Assembly: GCA_034434915.1 (NCBI GenBank)
Contig: DAOTYE010000023.1
Location: forward strand, 42-64,041
Reading direction: 5' to 3'
Source: Dehalococcoidales bacterium
GTDB taxonomy: Bacteria > Chloroflexota > Dehalococcoidia > Dehalococcoidales > RBG-16-60-22
DNA length: 64,000 nucleotides
Every line of letters begins with the position of its first letter. The first letter of the stretch is position 1. The notes under the pieces are model-generated. The model had not been told where the DNA came from and ran no database searches. It was given only the letters and a program-made list of their open reading frames with translations. This document shows, one piece after another, positions 27,855 to 37,384 of this stretch. Position numbers and translations under genes: made by a program.

Positions 27855-28427
27855 ATGGCAGAGAAGAACAAGCTTATTGAAATCCGGTGGCACGGGCGGG
27901 GCGGACAGGGGGCAGTTACTTCCGCAGAGCTGGTTGCCCAGGCGGCAATCAGCGAAGGTAAATATGCCCAGGCTTTCCCTACCTTCGGTCCTGAGAGGAG
28001 AGGTGCCCCAGTCCAGTCCTTCACCCGGATAAGTGATAACGAGCCCATTAGAACGAGGGCGGAAATCCTGGAGCCTGATGTCATTGTCCTCTTTGACCTT
28101 ACCCTGCTTACTACGGTGAATGTTACGGCTGGGCTTAAGAAGGATGGACTGGTGGTTCTCAATACCAAGCTATCAGCGAAAGAAATCAGTGAAAAGTACA
28201 ACATAAGAGGCAAAATTGCCTCAGTTGACGCCACCACCATCGCCCGCGAGGTGCTGGGAGTGCCTATCGTCAATACCACCATGATTGGCGCTTTGATTAA
28301 AGCAACCGGCGCAGTCAAGCTGAAATCATTGAAAGAACCGCTGGTTCAGCGTTTTGGTAAGATTGCGGAAAAGAACTTGCAGGCGATGGAACGAGCGTAT
28401 AAGGAGACTGCCGTAGGAGAAGGATAA
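27855..28427 (+). CDS. porG: Pyruvate/2-oxoacid:ferredoxin oxidoreductase gamma subunit
   Basis: 'EIRWHGRGGQGAVT' is the signature. SD aggag precedes the ATG at 27855. First gene of a 4-gene por operon. Confidence 0.9.
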   Translation: MAEKNKLIEIRWHGRGGQGAVTSAELVAQAAISEGKYAQAFPTFGPERRGAPVQSFTRISDNEPIRTRAEILEPDVIVLFDLTLLTTVNVTAGLKKDGLVVLNTKLSAKEISEKYNIRGKIASVDATTIAREVLGVPIVNTTMIGALIKATGAVKLKSLKEPLVQRFGKIAEKNLQAMERAYKETAVGEG

Positions 28428-28739
28428 ATGACGAAGAAGACAATAGAGAAGAAGAAAGCTCCGGAAGAATTGACCTGGAAAGATGTGGAGCTAGGCTGTT
28501 ATCTCACCGAGCCGGGGAGCGCCACAAGATTCAGGACGGGCGATTGGAAGACACGGCGCCCGGTATGGGACAAGAGCAAGTGCAATCCCAAGTGTGCGCT
28601 GTGCTATACCTATTGCCCGGAGGGGTGCGTTGCCAAAGAGCCTGACGGCTACTTTGAGGCAGACCTTTATTATTGCAAGGGCTGTGGTATCTGTGCCGCA
28701 GAGTGCCCCAGGAAAGCAATAACCATGGTGGAGGAATAA
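28428..28739 (+). CDS. porD: Pyruvate:ferredoxin oxidoreductase delta subunit (2x[4Fe-4S])
   Basis: 'CALCYTYCPEGC' and 'CKGCGICAAECP'. 103 aa. Confidence 0.9.
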   Translation: MTKKTIEKKKAPEELTWKDVELGCYLTEPGSATRFRTGDWKTRRPVWDKSKCNPKCALCYTYCPEGCVAKEPDGYFEADLYYCKGCGICAAECPRKAITMVEE

Positions 28740-28741
28740 GC

Positions 28742-29917
28742 ATGGCTAAGCGTGTCGGTATAGAAGTATCCATCGCCGTGGCGGAAGCGGCTAAGCTGGC
28801 TAAGGTTGACCTTGTGGCGGCGTATCCCATCACGCCGCAAACGCATATCGTGGAGCATTTGGCGGAGCTGGTGGCGGATGGGGAGCTTGACGCGGAGTTT
28901 GTGCCGGTGGAATCAGAGCATTCCGCCATGAGCGTCTGCGTGGGGGCTTCTGCTACTGGAGCGAGGACGTTCACCTCTACCGCCAGCCAGGGCTTGGTGC
29001 TGATGCATGAGGTGCTTTTTATTGCGTCATCCATGCGCCTGCCGGTGGTCATGGCGGTGGCAAACCGCGCCCTTTCCGCACCTATCAATATCTGGGGTGA
29101 CCACTCTGATGCTATGGCGGTGCGTGATTCCGGATGGATACAGATTTTCGTGACCAATGGGCAGGAGGCAATTGATAATGTGCTGTGCGCTTTCCGCATA
29201 GGTGAGGATAGGAGAGTACTGCTCCCGGTGATGGTGCATCTGGACGGGTTTGCGCTTACCCACATGATTGAGCCAATTATCTTTCCGGAGCAGAATGAAG
29301 TGGATAGCTTCATCCCGCCTTTCAATCCGCCGTTGCCGCTGAATCCGGAAAAGCCGGTGACAATGGGTGCGCTCGGTCCTCCGTCCATTTATACTGAAGT
29401 GAAAAAAGCGGAGGACGTGGCGCTCATTGAGTCAAAGAAAGTCATCCTGGAGGTATGGAGAGAGTTCGGTAAGACCTTCGGTCGCCACTATGCTCCGGTG
29501 GAAAAGTATCACAGTGATGGCGCCAAAGCCATCCTTCTAGCAATGGGGAGCTACAGCGAGACGGCAATGGTCACCATTGACAAGATGCGCCGTGAGGGCA
29601 AGAGCGTGGGCTTTATTAACCTGAGGCTCTGGCGCCCCTTTCCTTTTGAGGAACTGCGTGAGGCGGTGAAAGATGCTGAAGTGCTCATTGTGCTTGATAG
29701 AGCCGTTTCCTTTGGCGGTCCGGGTGGCCCGGTCTTTTCCGAGGTGAGGTCTGCCCTCTATCCTCTTGAGAAGAAGCCGAAGGTGGTGGGCTTTATTGGC
29801 GGTCTGGGCGGGCGCGATATCAATATGGCTGGTTTTGAGGAAATGATTACCAGGGGCATTGAGAGCGCGAAGAGCGGCAGGAAAGAGGAATACGAGATTT
29901 TCGGAGTGAGGGAATAG
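28742..29917 (+). CDS. porA: Pyruvate:ferredoxin oxidoreductase alpha subunit
   Basis: Start trimmed to MAKRVGIEVSIAVAEA... 'AAYPITPQT' and 'ESEHSAMS' are present. The ORF-track N-terminus overlaps porD. Confidence 0.9.
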   Translation: MAKRVGIEVSIAVAEAAKLAKVDLVAAYPITPQTHIVEHLAELVADGELDAEFVPVESEHSAMSVCVGASATGARTFTSTASQGLVLMHEVLFIASSMRLPVVMAVANRALSAPINIWGDHSDAMAVRDSGWIQIFVTNGQEAIDNVLCAFRIGEDRRVLLPVMVHLDGFALTHMIEPIIFPEQNEVDSFIPPFNPPLPLNPEKPVTMGALGPPSIYTEVKKAEDVALIESKKVILEVWREFGKTFGRHYAPVEKYHSDGAKAILLAMGSYSETAMVTIDKMRREGKSVGFINLRLWRPFPFEELREAVKDAEVLIVLDRAVSFGGPGGPVFSEVRSALYPLEKKPKVVGFIGGLGGRDINMAGFEEMITRGIESAKSGRKEEYEIFGVRE

Positions 29918-29919
29918 CA

Positions 29920-30858
29920 ATGACAACGAAGGAAGCATTGGCAGGACAGGAGCATGGTCCCGGAATTATCACTGAGCTGGAGCCGTTTACCGCCGGGCAT
30001 CGGGCGTGCAGTGGCTGTGCTGAGGCGCTGGCGCTGAGAATGGCTTGTAAAGCCATCGGCAATAACGCCATCATTGTGAACGCCACCGGTTGTATGGAGG
30101 TGGTTTCTTCTTACTTCCCTGACACGTCATGGCGCGTTCCCTGGATTCACACTTTGTTTGAGAACGCGGCGGCGGTCGCCTCCGGCGTAGAGGCGGCGCT
30201 GAAGGTAATACAGAGGAAGGGAAGGGGACCGAAAGGGGAGGTGAAGGTGGTCGCCTTTGCTGGCGATGGCGGCACCAGCGATATCGGCTTGCAGGCTCTT
30301 TCCGGCGCGCTGGAGCGGGGGCATGACTTCGTCTATATCTGCCTGGACAATGAGGCTTATATGAATACCGGTATCCAGCGTTCTTCTGCCACACCGTTTG
30401 GCGCCTCAACCACTACGTCTCCGGCGGGAAAGAGAGTGCCGGGGCAGATTACCTGGAAGAAGAACATGGCGGCGATTGCCGCGGCGCATGATATTCCTTA
30501 CGTGGCTACGGCGTGTCCCAGCTACCATATTGACTATATGAAGAAGGTGCAGAAGGCTATTGATGTGAAGGGTCCGGCGTATCTCCATGTCCTCTCAGTA
30601 TGTCCCACCGGCTGGCGGTGTCCCACTGATATTGCCGTCAGGCTGGGGCGCCTGGCGGTGCGGACGGGCATTTTCCCGCTCTATGAGGTGGAGAACGGGC
30701 ATTACCGCATCACCGTAGAAGTGCCCCAGCTTGAGCCTGTGGAGAACTATCTTAAGCTTCAGGGCAGGTTCCGCCACCTGAGCGATGATACCATCAAGCA
30801 GATTCAGGAGCGGGTGGACAAAGAATATGCCAGGCTCCAGGAGAAAGCAAAGAGGTAG
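29920..30858 (+). CDS. porB: Pyruvate:ferredoxin oxidoreductase beta subunit (TPP-binding)
   Basis: 'CSGCAEALALR', 'GDGGTSDIGLQALSGA' and 'YICLDNEAYMNTG' form the TPP motif. Confidence 0.9.
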   Translation: MTTKEALAGQEHGPGIITELEPFTAGHRACSGCAEALALRMACKAIGNNAIIVNATGCMEVVSSYFPDTSWRVPWIHTLFENAAAVASGVEAALKVIQRKGRGPKGEVKVVAFAGDGGTSDIGLQALSGALERGHDFVYICLDNEAYMNTGIQRSSATPFGASTTTSPAGKRVPGQITWKKNMAAIAAAHDIPYVATACPSYHIDYMKKVQKAIDVKGPAYLHVLSVCPTGWRCPTDIAVRLGRLAVRTGIFPLYEVENGHYRITVEVPQLEPVENYLKLQGRFRHLSDDTIKQIQERVDKEYARLQEKAKR

Positions 30859-30907
30859 CTCCCGGGAGAAACTGTTTTACATTTTTGAGATACAAATCCT
30901 GAGATAC

Positions 30908-30947
30908 AAAGCCGCTCATTTGTCGCTTGCTCACCATGAGCGGCTTT
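30908..30947 (+). terminator. Strong hairpin after porB (possible terminator; overlaps a candidate tRNA-Pro promoter)
   Basis: 12-bp perfect stem aaagccgctcat / atgagcggcttt with a 16-nt loop and a weak U-tail. TTGCTC (30927-30932) - 17 nt - TATACT (30950-30955) sits 10 nt upstream of tRNA-Pro. Confidence 0.45.
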
Positions 30948-30965
30948 GCTATACTTTCACCTGAA

Positions 30966-31042
30966 CGGGGTGTGGCGCAGTCGGCTAGCGCGCATGGTTT
31001 GGGACCATGAGGTCGGCAGTTCAAATCTGCCCACCCCGACCA
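30966..31042 (+). tRNA. tRNA-Pro (anticodon UGG), CCA encoded
   Basis: Acceptor cggggtg/caccccg. Anticodon stem catgg/ccatg with loop uuUGGga. Confidence 0.9.
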
Positions 31043-31046
31043 TCCT

Positions 31047-31964
31047 TCAGGTAACAATCTTCAAGACTGCTGGCATGATGGACACCCGTGCTGGAAGATG
31101 TCCAAGAGTCTCACCATCAGCCTGAAGAGCAATCCTCTCAGACGACTGTATTTCAACCGTTTTTGCTCTGCGCAGTTTTACCTTGGGGTGGGTGAGATGA
31201 GTACCTTTATAGATGCGGGGGAGGGACCAGAGCAGGTCCGGCTTGCTCACATCGCCGATGGTAATGACATCAAGCACACCGTCTGAGAGGTCAGCTTCCG
31301 GGGCAGTCAGCATGCCGCCGCCGGCATATTTTCCATTGCACATGAGGACGGTGCACATCTTCCCGTCCACCAATTCACCATCTATGGTCATGGCCAGCTT
31401 TTTGTTGTGATAGGTGAGGAGGGTGCGGAAGAGCCCGGCAAGATAAGATGCGGTGCGGCTTATAGCTTTATATCTCCGGGTGGTTGCCCTGACAATCTCA
31501 GCATCAAAGCCCAGCCCGGCGAAATTGACAAAGAGGCGCTTTTCCACCGTCCCGTTGCTGGTATATTCCACCATGCCCACGTCAACAGCGCGCCGTTTCC
31601 CGTTTAAGAGACAGCGGCATGAGTCTTCAAACGTGCGCGGCAAGCCGATGGTGCGGACGTAATCACGGCCTGTTCCGGTGCTGATGACCCCTAGCGAGAC
31701 ATGAGGTATACCGCCGGCTTCATAGAGACCGTTCACTACCTCGTTGACGGTGCCATCACCGCCCACAGAGACCACCAGCTCATACCCGCGCCCGGCGGCA
31801 AGTCTGGCAAGCTCCCGGGCGTGTCCCGGGGCTTCCGTGAGGTTATGTTCAAAGCGTAGACCAATGCTTCTCAGCAGGCGCAATATGAGGGGCAATTTGC
31901 GGGCGGTCTGCCCGGCACCAGCCACGGGATTAACGATAAGATGGGCGAATGACAAAGTTTTCAT
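31047..31964 (-). CDS. Diacylglycerol-kinase-family lipid kinase (YegS/BmrU-like)
   Basis: Start trimmed to MKTLSFAHLIVNPVAGAG. The 'VVSVGGDGTVNEVVNG' catalytic-domain motif is present. Confidence 0.8.
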   Translation of the reverse strand: MKTLSFAHLIVNPVAGAGQTARKLPLILRLLRSIGLRFEHNLTEAPGHARELARLAAGRGYELVVSVGGDGTVNEVVNGLYEAGGIPHVSLGVISTGTGRDYVRTIGLPRTFEDSCRCLLNGKRRAVDVGMVEYTSNGTVEKRLFVNFAGLGFDAEIVRATTRRYKAISRTASYLAGLFRTLLTYHNKKLAMTIDGELVDGKMCTVLMCNGKYAGGGMLTAPEADLSDGVLDVITIGDVSKPDLLWSLPRIYKGTHLTHPKVKLRRAKTVEIQSSERIALQADGETLGHLPARVSIMPAVLKIVT

Positions 31965-32128
31965 CCTCCGTGTATGCTGATGCAATAAGTATAGCACATT
32001 AATCAAGCAGACGTGTTTTACATAATATGAACAATTTGCATAAAAGCCAGGTTTTTGATAAAATGCGGAAAGTAACTTCCGCATTAGGCGGGGTTTATAG
32101 TCTCAACAGACATACAAAAGGAGGAAAG

Positions 32129-33703
32129 ATGTCTTTCAGCAAACCAAACGCCAGCGCAGCAACTTTAACCAGGACCAGGGTGGCGCCTGCCCAGTCAGGG
32201 CTCTGCGTGACCTGTCTTGACGGGTGCACCGGTCTCTGCGAGGTGGGCAAGTCTGCGGTCAAAGGGAGAGAATCAGTTTATCCTCAGCCATTCGGCAAGG
32301 TGATTGCCGGAGCGGAGAAGGATTATCCGGTAGATTTCTCTCACTTTAATATTCAGGGTACCATCATCGGTGCCATGGGTATTGAAGCAAATTCAGACGT
32401 GGCGCTTTTTTCCAATGTGGACGTGTCCACGAAAATCGGCGCCAAGAATAAGATAAAGATGAGGGTGCCTTTTTTCACCGGCGCACTGGGCTCAACTGAG
32501 ATTGCCAGGGTTCACTGGGAGGGTATGGCAATCGGTGCCGCCATCTCCGGTACTATTATCGTGGTCGGAGAAAATGTGTGCGGCATGGATGCCCAGGCTG
32601 AGTTCAGAAAGGGAAAAGTGGTTAAATCTCCGGAGCTTGACCGCCGCGTCCGCATCTATAGGGAATGGCAAGAGGATGCCGGAGACATCATCGTTCAGTA
32701 TAACGTGGAAGATGGGCGGCTCGGCGTGCCAGAGTATGCCGTGGAAAAACTCGGTGTTAATATTATTGAAGCCAAGTGGGGGCAGGGAGCGAAAGACATA
32801 GGCGGAGAAGTGAAGCTATGGTCAGTGGAGAGAGCCAACCAGCTCAAAGAAAGAGGATACGTGGTATTTCCTGACCCCTCTTCACCGCTGGTGCAGGAAG
32901 CTTTCCGCGTGGGCGCAATCACGGAGTTTGAGCGCCATTCGCGCCTGGGGATGGTGGATGAAGAGACGTTTGTGGAAGACTTTATCAAGGAAATGGAGCG
33001 ATTGCGTGCCATTGGCGCCAAGCATGTGACCTTGAAGACCGGCGCCTATCGTCCGGCGGACCTGGCGCGGGCAGTCAAATGCGCCTCAGCCGCCAAAATT
33101 GACCTGCTCACCGTTGACGGCGCAGGCGGGGGCACCGGTATGAGCCCATGGCGCATGATGAATGAGTGGGGCATTCCCACCGTGTATCTTGAGGCAATGC
33201 TCTATGACTACCTGACCCGGCTGGACAAAAAGAAAGCTTTTATCCCGAGCTGTGCCATTGCGGGTGGCATTGCCCTTGAGGACCAGGTCTTCAAGGCTCT
33301 GGCACTCGGCGCACCTTATATCAATGCTGTCTGTATGGGAAGAGCCAGCCAGACCGCGGCAATGGTGGGCAATACCATCGGCAAGAAGGCAATAGAGGGC
33401 ATGGAGACCGATGAAGAGAGGGAGGAAGGCATCTTCAAGACCTTTGCCGCCAGCGCCCGGCTGAAGGAGAAATATGGCAAAGATTTCCGCCGGATTCCGC
33501 CTGCCGCCATCGGCATGTACACCTACTATGACCGCCTGGTGGCGGGTCTCCAGCAGCTCATGGCGGGGGCAAGGAAGTTTGCCCTGAAATACATCTCCCG
33601 CGATGACCTGATGTCATTGACCAGGGAAGCAGCAGAAGTCTCAGGCATTCCTTATGTCATGGATGTGGATGCGGAGAAAGTGGATAAAATCCTTTCCATG
33701 TAA
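32129..33703 (+). CDS. Glutamate-synthase-related FMN protein (GltB domain-2-like) with N-terminal Cys cluster
   Basis: 'LTVDGAGGGTGMSP', 'CAIAGGI' and the N-terminal 'CVTCLDGCTGLCEVG'. SD aaaggagg precedes the ATG at 32129. Confidence 0.7.
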   Translation: MSFSKPNASAATLTRTRVAPAQSGLCVTCLDGCTGLCEVGKSAVKGRESVYPQPFGKVIAGAEKDYPVDFSHFNIQGTIIGAMGIEANSDVALFSNVDVSTKIGAKNKIKMRVPFFTGALGSTEIARVHWEGMAIGAAISGTIIVVGENVCGMDAQAEFRKGKVVKSPELDRRVRIYREWQEDAGDIIVQYNVEDGRLGVPEYAVEKLGVNIIEAKWGQGAKDIGGEVKLWSVERANQLKERGYVVFPDPSSPLVQEAFRVGAITEFERHSRLGMVDEETFVEDFIKEMERLRAIGAKHVTLKTGAYRPADLARAVKCASAAKIDLLTVDGAGGGTGMSPWRMMNEWGIPTVYLEAMLYDYLTRLDKKKAFIPSCAIAGGIALEDQVFKALALGAPYINAVCMGRASQTAAMVGNTIGKKAIEGMETDEEREEGIFKTFAASARLKEKYGKDFRRIPPAAIGMYTYYDRLVAGLQQLMAGARKFALKYISRDDLMSLTREAAEVSGIPYVMDVDAEKVDKILSM

Positions 33704-33739
33704 AGTGCGGCATCACCGATGCGTATCGCATGTAAAAAC

Positions 33740-33770
33740 AGAGGGGGCGAAAGCCCCCTCTTACTTTTTT
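33740..33770. terminator. Bidirectional rho-independent terminator between the convergent gltS-like and tal genes
   Basis: agagggggc-gaaa-gccccctct has a 9-bp stem and a GAAA loop. It is flanked by aaaaaca upstream and tactttttt downstream. Confidence 0.75.
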
Positions 33771-33792
33771 CTTATAGCGTTAGTAAAAACCG

Positions 33793-34893
33793 TCAGTCTT
33801 TTGAAAGAAGCTCCGTCCTCTTATTTTCCAGCGCGCTCAGGAGTTGGTCAAAGGAATCAGTGAAGGCTTTCACGCCGTCCTTTTGAAGCTGTTCTGTGAC
33901 CTTGTCAAGATTTATGCCCACTTTTTTCAGCTCAGTGAGGACTTTATCTGCTTCATCCAGCCCTTTGTCCACCGTCCGCTCTATCCTGCCGTGGTCGCGG
34001 AAGGCTTCCAGTGTTTCCATGGGCAGAGTATTTACCGTATCAGGTCCGATGAGATTGTCCACATAGAGAAGGTCAGCATATGCCGGGTTTTTGGTGCTGG
34101 TGCTGCCCCAGAGGACGCGCTGGACACGGGCGCCCCGATTACGCTGAGCGGTAAACTCTTTTCCAGAAAAGATTTCACGGAAGCGGCGATAAACCACTTT
34201 TGAATTGGCGACCGCCGCCTTGCCGCGCAAGGCGAGGGCTTCCTTCGTGCCGATTTTTTCCAGCTCTTTGTCCACATAGGTGTCCACTCTGCTGACGAAG
34301 AAAGAAGCTACCGATGTGATGCGAGCCGGGTTAGCAGTGCGGGCGATGCCATTAAGGTAAGCGCGTGAGACGGCTTCATAATGTTTCAGGGAAAACATCA
34401 GGGTGATATTGACATTGATGCCCCGCGCAATCAGCTCTTCAATGGCCGGGATGCCCTCTGGCGTGGCGGGCACTTTTATCATCACATTGGGGCGGTTGGC
34501 TCTCTGGCACAGACGCTCCGCCTCATCAATCGTTGCTCTGGTATCATAGGCGAGGTGCGGTGATACCTCAAGGCTGACCATGCCATCAACGCCGCCGGAG
34601 GCATCATAAACCGGATGGAGCATGTCCGCCGCCATTTGAATGTCTTCGGTCGTCAGGCGGTCATAAAGGTCCTTCGCTGTGACGCTGGGGTTTGATTTGA
34701 GGATGGCGCGGATGGGCTCGTCATAGTCTGCGCTCTGGGTGATGGCTTTCTGAAATATGGTGGGATTGGTGGTTATACCGGCAAGCCCCTCATCAATGAG
34801 TGCTTTCAACTTGCCGCTTTTGATGAGACTGCGATTGATGAAATCCAGCCAGATTGATTGTCCCAGTTTCTGCACTTCTTTCAGGCGCGACAT
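33793..34893 (-). CDS. tal: Transaldolase (long type)
   Basis: Start trimmed to MSRLKEVQKLGQSIWLDFINR. Motifs: 'GITTNPTIF', 'GMVSLEVSP', 'VMIKVPAT' (Schiff-base Lys) and 'INVNITLMFS'. Confidence 0.9.
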   Translation of the reverse strand: MSRLKEVQKLGQSIWLDFINRSLIKSGKLKALIDEGLAGITTNPTIFQKAITQSADYDEPIRAILKSNPSVTAKDLYDRLTTEDIQMAADMLHPVYDASGGVDGMVSLEVSPHLAYDTRATIDEAERLCQRANRPNVMIKVPATPEGIPAIEELIARGINVNITLMFSLKHYEAVSRAYLNGIARTANPARITSVASFFVSRVDTYVDKELEKIGTKEALALRGKAAVANSKVVYRRFREIFSGKEFTAQRNRGARVQRVLWGSTSTKNPAYADLLYVDNLIGPDTVNTLPMETLEAFRDHGRIERTVDKGLDEADKVLTELKKVGINLDKVTEQLQKDGVKAFTDSFDQLLSALENKRTELLSKD

Positions 34894-34903
34894 AGGCACC
34901 TCC

Positions 34904-37384
34904 TTATACTTCAATGATAACCTTTTCCGGGGAAATTTTTCCATCCAGGGCATCGCGCTCTTTCTTGGTCAGGAGCTTGGCGCGCGGTAGATGCAAAAGG
35001 CGTGCCGATTCCTCAAGAACATGCGCCCACGTTGAGCGGTTGATAAATAAGAGCCCGGCAGTGGTCAGCGTTCCGCCGCGGGCGATATAGCCGAGACCCA
35101 CGGTATGCTCGCCGGTATTGAGCGGCTGGAGTACGCCGAGCATGGGCTCCGGTCTGGTATGGACGACGAAAACGCGTTTATTTACCGGTTCGGGGAACAG
35201 GCCTTTCCTGACCTTTTCAGGGGCGATATGTGTTTTTTCTCCTTCAGTGCGTGGGTAGCGGAACCTTCCTGGCTCAAGCATATAGACGACCGAGTGCGCA
35301 ATGTCTTTTTCAGCCAGGCGGACAGAGGCTTTCAGCACCTCCTCAAGCTGGTAAGCGCCGATGGCAGTGAGAATGAGATTTGCTTCAGACTGTCCGTGTC
35401 CTGCCCAGTCAAGACGGATAGCGCCTTCTTTTACCATTTGGGAGGCTTCCTCAGGTGTAAAGAGGTCAGGGATTACGTCATACTTGGGAATGACCAGCGT
35501 CCAGAACTGCCCGTGCGTCTGATAAAGTTCCCGCATCACTACGGCGGCGGTATTGTAGTCTGGAATGAAGATGACCCTTGACACGTTGGACACTTCTCCC
35601 AGCATTGCCTCCGCCATCGCCGGGTCCTGGTGGGACTGCTCGTTCTTGGCGTTTTCCCAGGTGTGAGAGGTGAGGACGAGAGGAATGGAGAGCCAGCCGG
35701 CGGTGCATTGCTGAAGTTCCTGACAGTGATTGGCAAAGATGATTTCCTGCCGCATCACGCCCTGCATCTTGGTGCCGAAGGCTTCATACGTGGCGATGAG
35801 GTTGATACCGCCTTTGTTTGCCAGCGCCGCGGCGGCAACAGCTTCCTCGTTGAGGGCGGTGATGATAGCGCCGTGAATATCCTCCGGGATGCCCGGCTCA
35901 GGGTCAGTGACGCGGAACTTGAGAGCGTCAAGGGTCTTTTGCAATCGGTTGGACCGCATTTCGTCCGGGTTGCCGACACGTGGTCTCAGGTGGGGATTTG
36001 CCTGCACGATGGCGAGGAACATTTCATCCACCGCCTGCATAGGGGAGGCACGCCCCCACTTTGACCTGTCCAATCTATCTTTCGGCACAGGGCGGGACAG
36101 CGCTTGGGGAATCTTGTTGAGGCTAACTTGCCTGTGGGCTAGGGGGTGGTCTTTCTCTTTGACCCTGCCAGATTGGTCATGGTGATTGAATTTGGCAACG
36201 GCTTCTTTCAGCTCAGAAAGAGGCACCCAGAGTTTTCTGGCGCTCTGGTTGAAGTTTCGGGCGGCTTCAGGGTCAGTATGCGGGTTAGCCATGAGAGGCA
36301 GGTTATGCGCCAGATTTGTTCCCGCACCGTAAAAGCCGGCTCCTTTGAGCGCCACGGCGATGCCGTAAGGCAGGCGGAAAGGATAGGGCGGTCTCTTGCG
36401 GGCAGGAGTCATAATGAATGCTTCCAGGCGGGACTCCATTTCAAAAATTGCCCAGGCGAAGGCTGACGGGTCAGTCCCGTCAAAGACTATGGGGTCAAAG
36501 TTATTAAGTTTCAGGTGCTCTACAAACCAGCTTATGCCTCCCTCCTGAGCCATGGTAGTGCGCTGGTCAATTCGGCGTCCATTGGCAATCATGATAGGAG
36601 TGACCAGACCGCAGTCCCGGGCGCGCCACCAGCGCGGCGCCCAGTCACTCCCGCGCTGTTCTTCAAAGGCGCCATCGCTCAGAAAGACCACCAGCTTTTC
36701 ACCCGGCAGAGGCATATGGACATATTGCAGTTCAACAAAGCCGAGATAGCCTCCTTCAGCCATGCCGCCGGCCGTATAGGCATTTACATGGCTTCCCAGC
36801 GGCGAGTCCTGCTTGCCCTCTTTATTGAGGTGATAGGAATAAAAATCACGTACGTAGCGGGTGAGTCCTTCATCAGTAAGGGAATAGCGCGCCGCATGAG
36901 CAGGCGTCATATTGTTAAGGAGGAGATTGACGGTATCAATTGCCGCTACACAGTGACCCTGTCCCATAATCCAAGAGCGGGTGGTGCCGGTGAGAGCGTT
37001 GATTGCCATGTAGCCGGTGTAAGCGGGAATCATGTTCAGGACACCGCCGGTGTGCCCTTCCGGCTTTGGCTTGAAGTCATCAGTCCCCAGTTCGCGACCG
37101 TCCAGATAGATATTCCGGGCATAGGTCTCATGGACGGAAATCCACATTGCCGCGCTGGCAATACGGTCGGCGGCCTGTAGCAGGTCAAAAACAGGAATGC
37201 CGTCCCCCTTCGTGCCGCGCAGTGTCAGCATCTCCGCCATACTGAAGACGCGAGCTTGCGTCTCAATAGTATGCCGGATTTCTCCGTAGCCTGCCGCCCA
37301 GCGGTCAGCCGCTTTATTCCGTTTACGGTAAAGCCTGACCCATTCTGCAGTGCGGATTGGGTCCTTACCATTGTACAGACTCAT
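34904..37384 (-). CDS. xfp: Xylulose-5-phosphate/fructose-6-phosphate phosphoketolase
   Basis: 826 aa. 'GHCVAAID', 'EGGYLGF', 'SDGAFEEQRGSDWAPRWW', 'LTSHTWENAKNEQSHQDP' and 'DWAGHG' resemble the XFP signatures. Confidence 0.9.
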   Translation of the reverse strand: MSLYNGKDPIRTAEWVRLYRKRNKAADRWAAGYGEIRHTIETQARVFSMAEMLTLRGTKGDGIPVFDLLQAADRIASAAMWISVHETYARNIYLDGRELGTDDFKPKPEGHTGGVLNMIPAYTGYMAINALTGTTRSWIMGQGHCVAAIDTVNLLLNNMTPAHAARYSLTDEGLTRYVRDFYSYHLNKEGKQDSPLGSHVNAYTAGGMAEGGYLGFVELQYVHMPLPGEKLVVFLSDGAFEEQRGSDWAPRWWRARDCGLVTPIMIANGRRIDQRTTMAQEGGISWFVEHLKLNNFDPIVFDGTDPSAFAWAIFEMESRLEAFIMTPARKRPPYPFRLPYGIAVALKGAGFYGAGTNLAHNLPLMANPHTDPEAARNFNQSARKLWVPLSELKEAVAKFNHHDQSGRVKEKDHPLAHRQVSLNKIPQALSRPVPKDRLDRSKWGRASPMQAVDEMFLAIVQANPHLRPRVGNPDEMRSNRLQKTLDALKFRVTDPEPGIPEDIHGAIITALNEEAVAAAALANKGGINLIATYEAFGTKMQGVMRQEIIFANHCQELQQCTAGWLSIPLVLTSHTWENAKNEQSHQDPAMAEAMLGEVSNVSRVIFIPDYNTAAVVMRELYQTHGQFWTLVIPKYDVIPDLFTPEEASQMVKEGAIRLDWAGHGQSEANLILTAIGAYQLEEVLKASVRLAEKDIAHSVVYMLEPGRFRYPRTEGEKTHIAPEKVRKGLFPEPVNKRVFVVHTRPEPMLGVLQPLNTGEHTVGLGYIARGGTLTTAGLLFINRSTWAHVLEESARLLHLPRAKLLTKKERDALDGKISPEKVIIEV

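Noticed and set aside
23035-29388. Long antisense ORFs (23035-23676, 24006-24869, 25043-25887, 26952-27749, 27746-28318 and 28531-29388, all minus strand)
   Set aside because: Each lies entirely opposite a plus-strand gene with strong family motifs and SD sequences. Their translations are low-complexity and rich in Arg/Ser/Pro/His, which is typical of GC-rich antisense frames.
30794-31057. 87-aa minus-strand ORF
   Set aside because: It runs antisense or overlapping through tRNA-Pro and the porB terminator hairpin. There is no coding signal.
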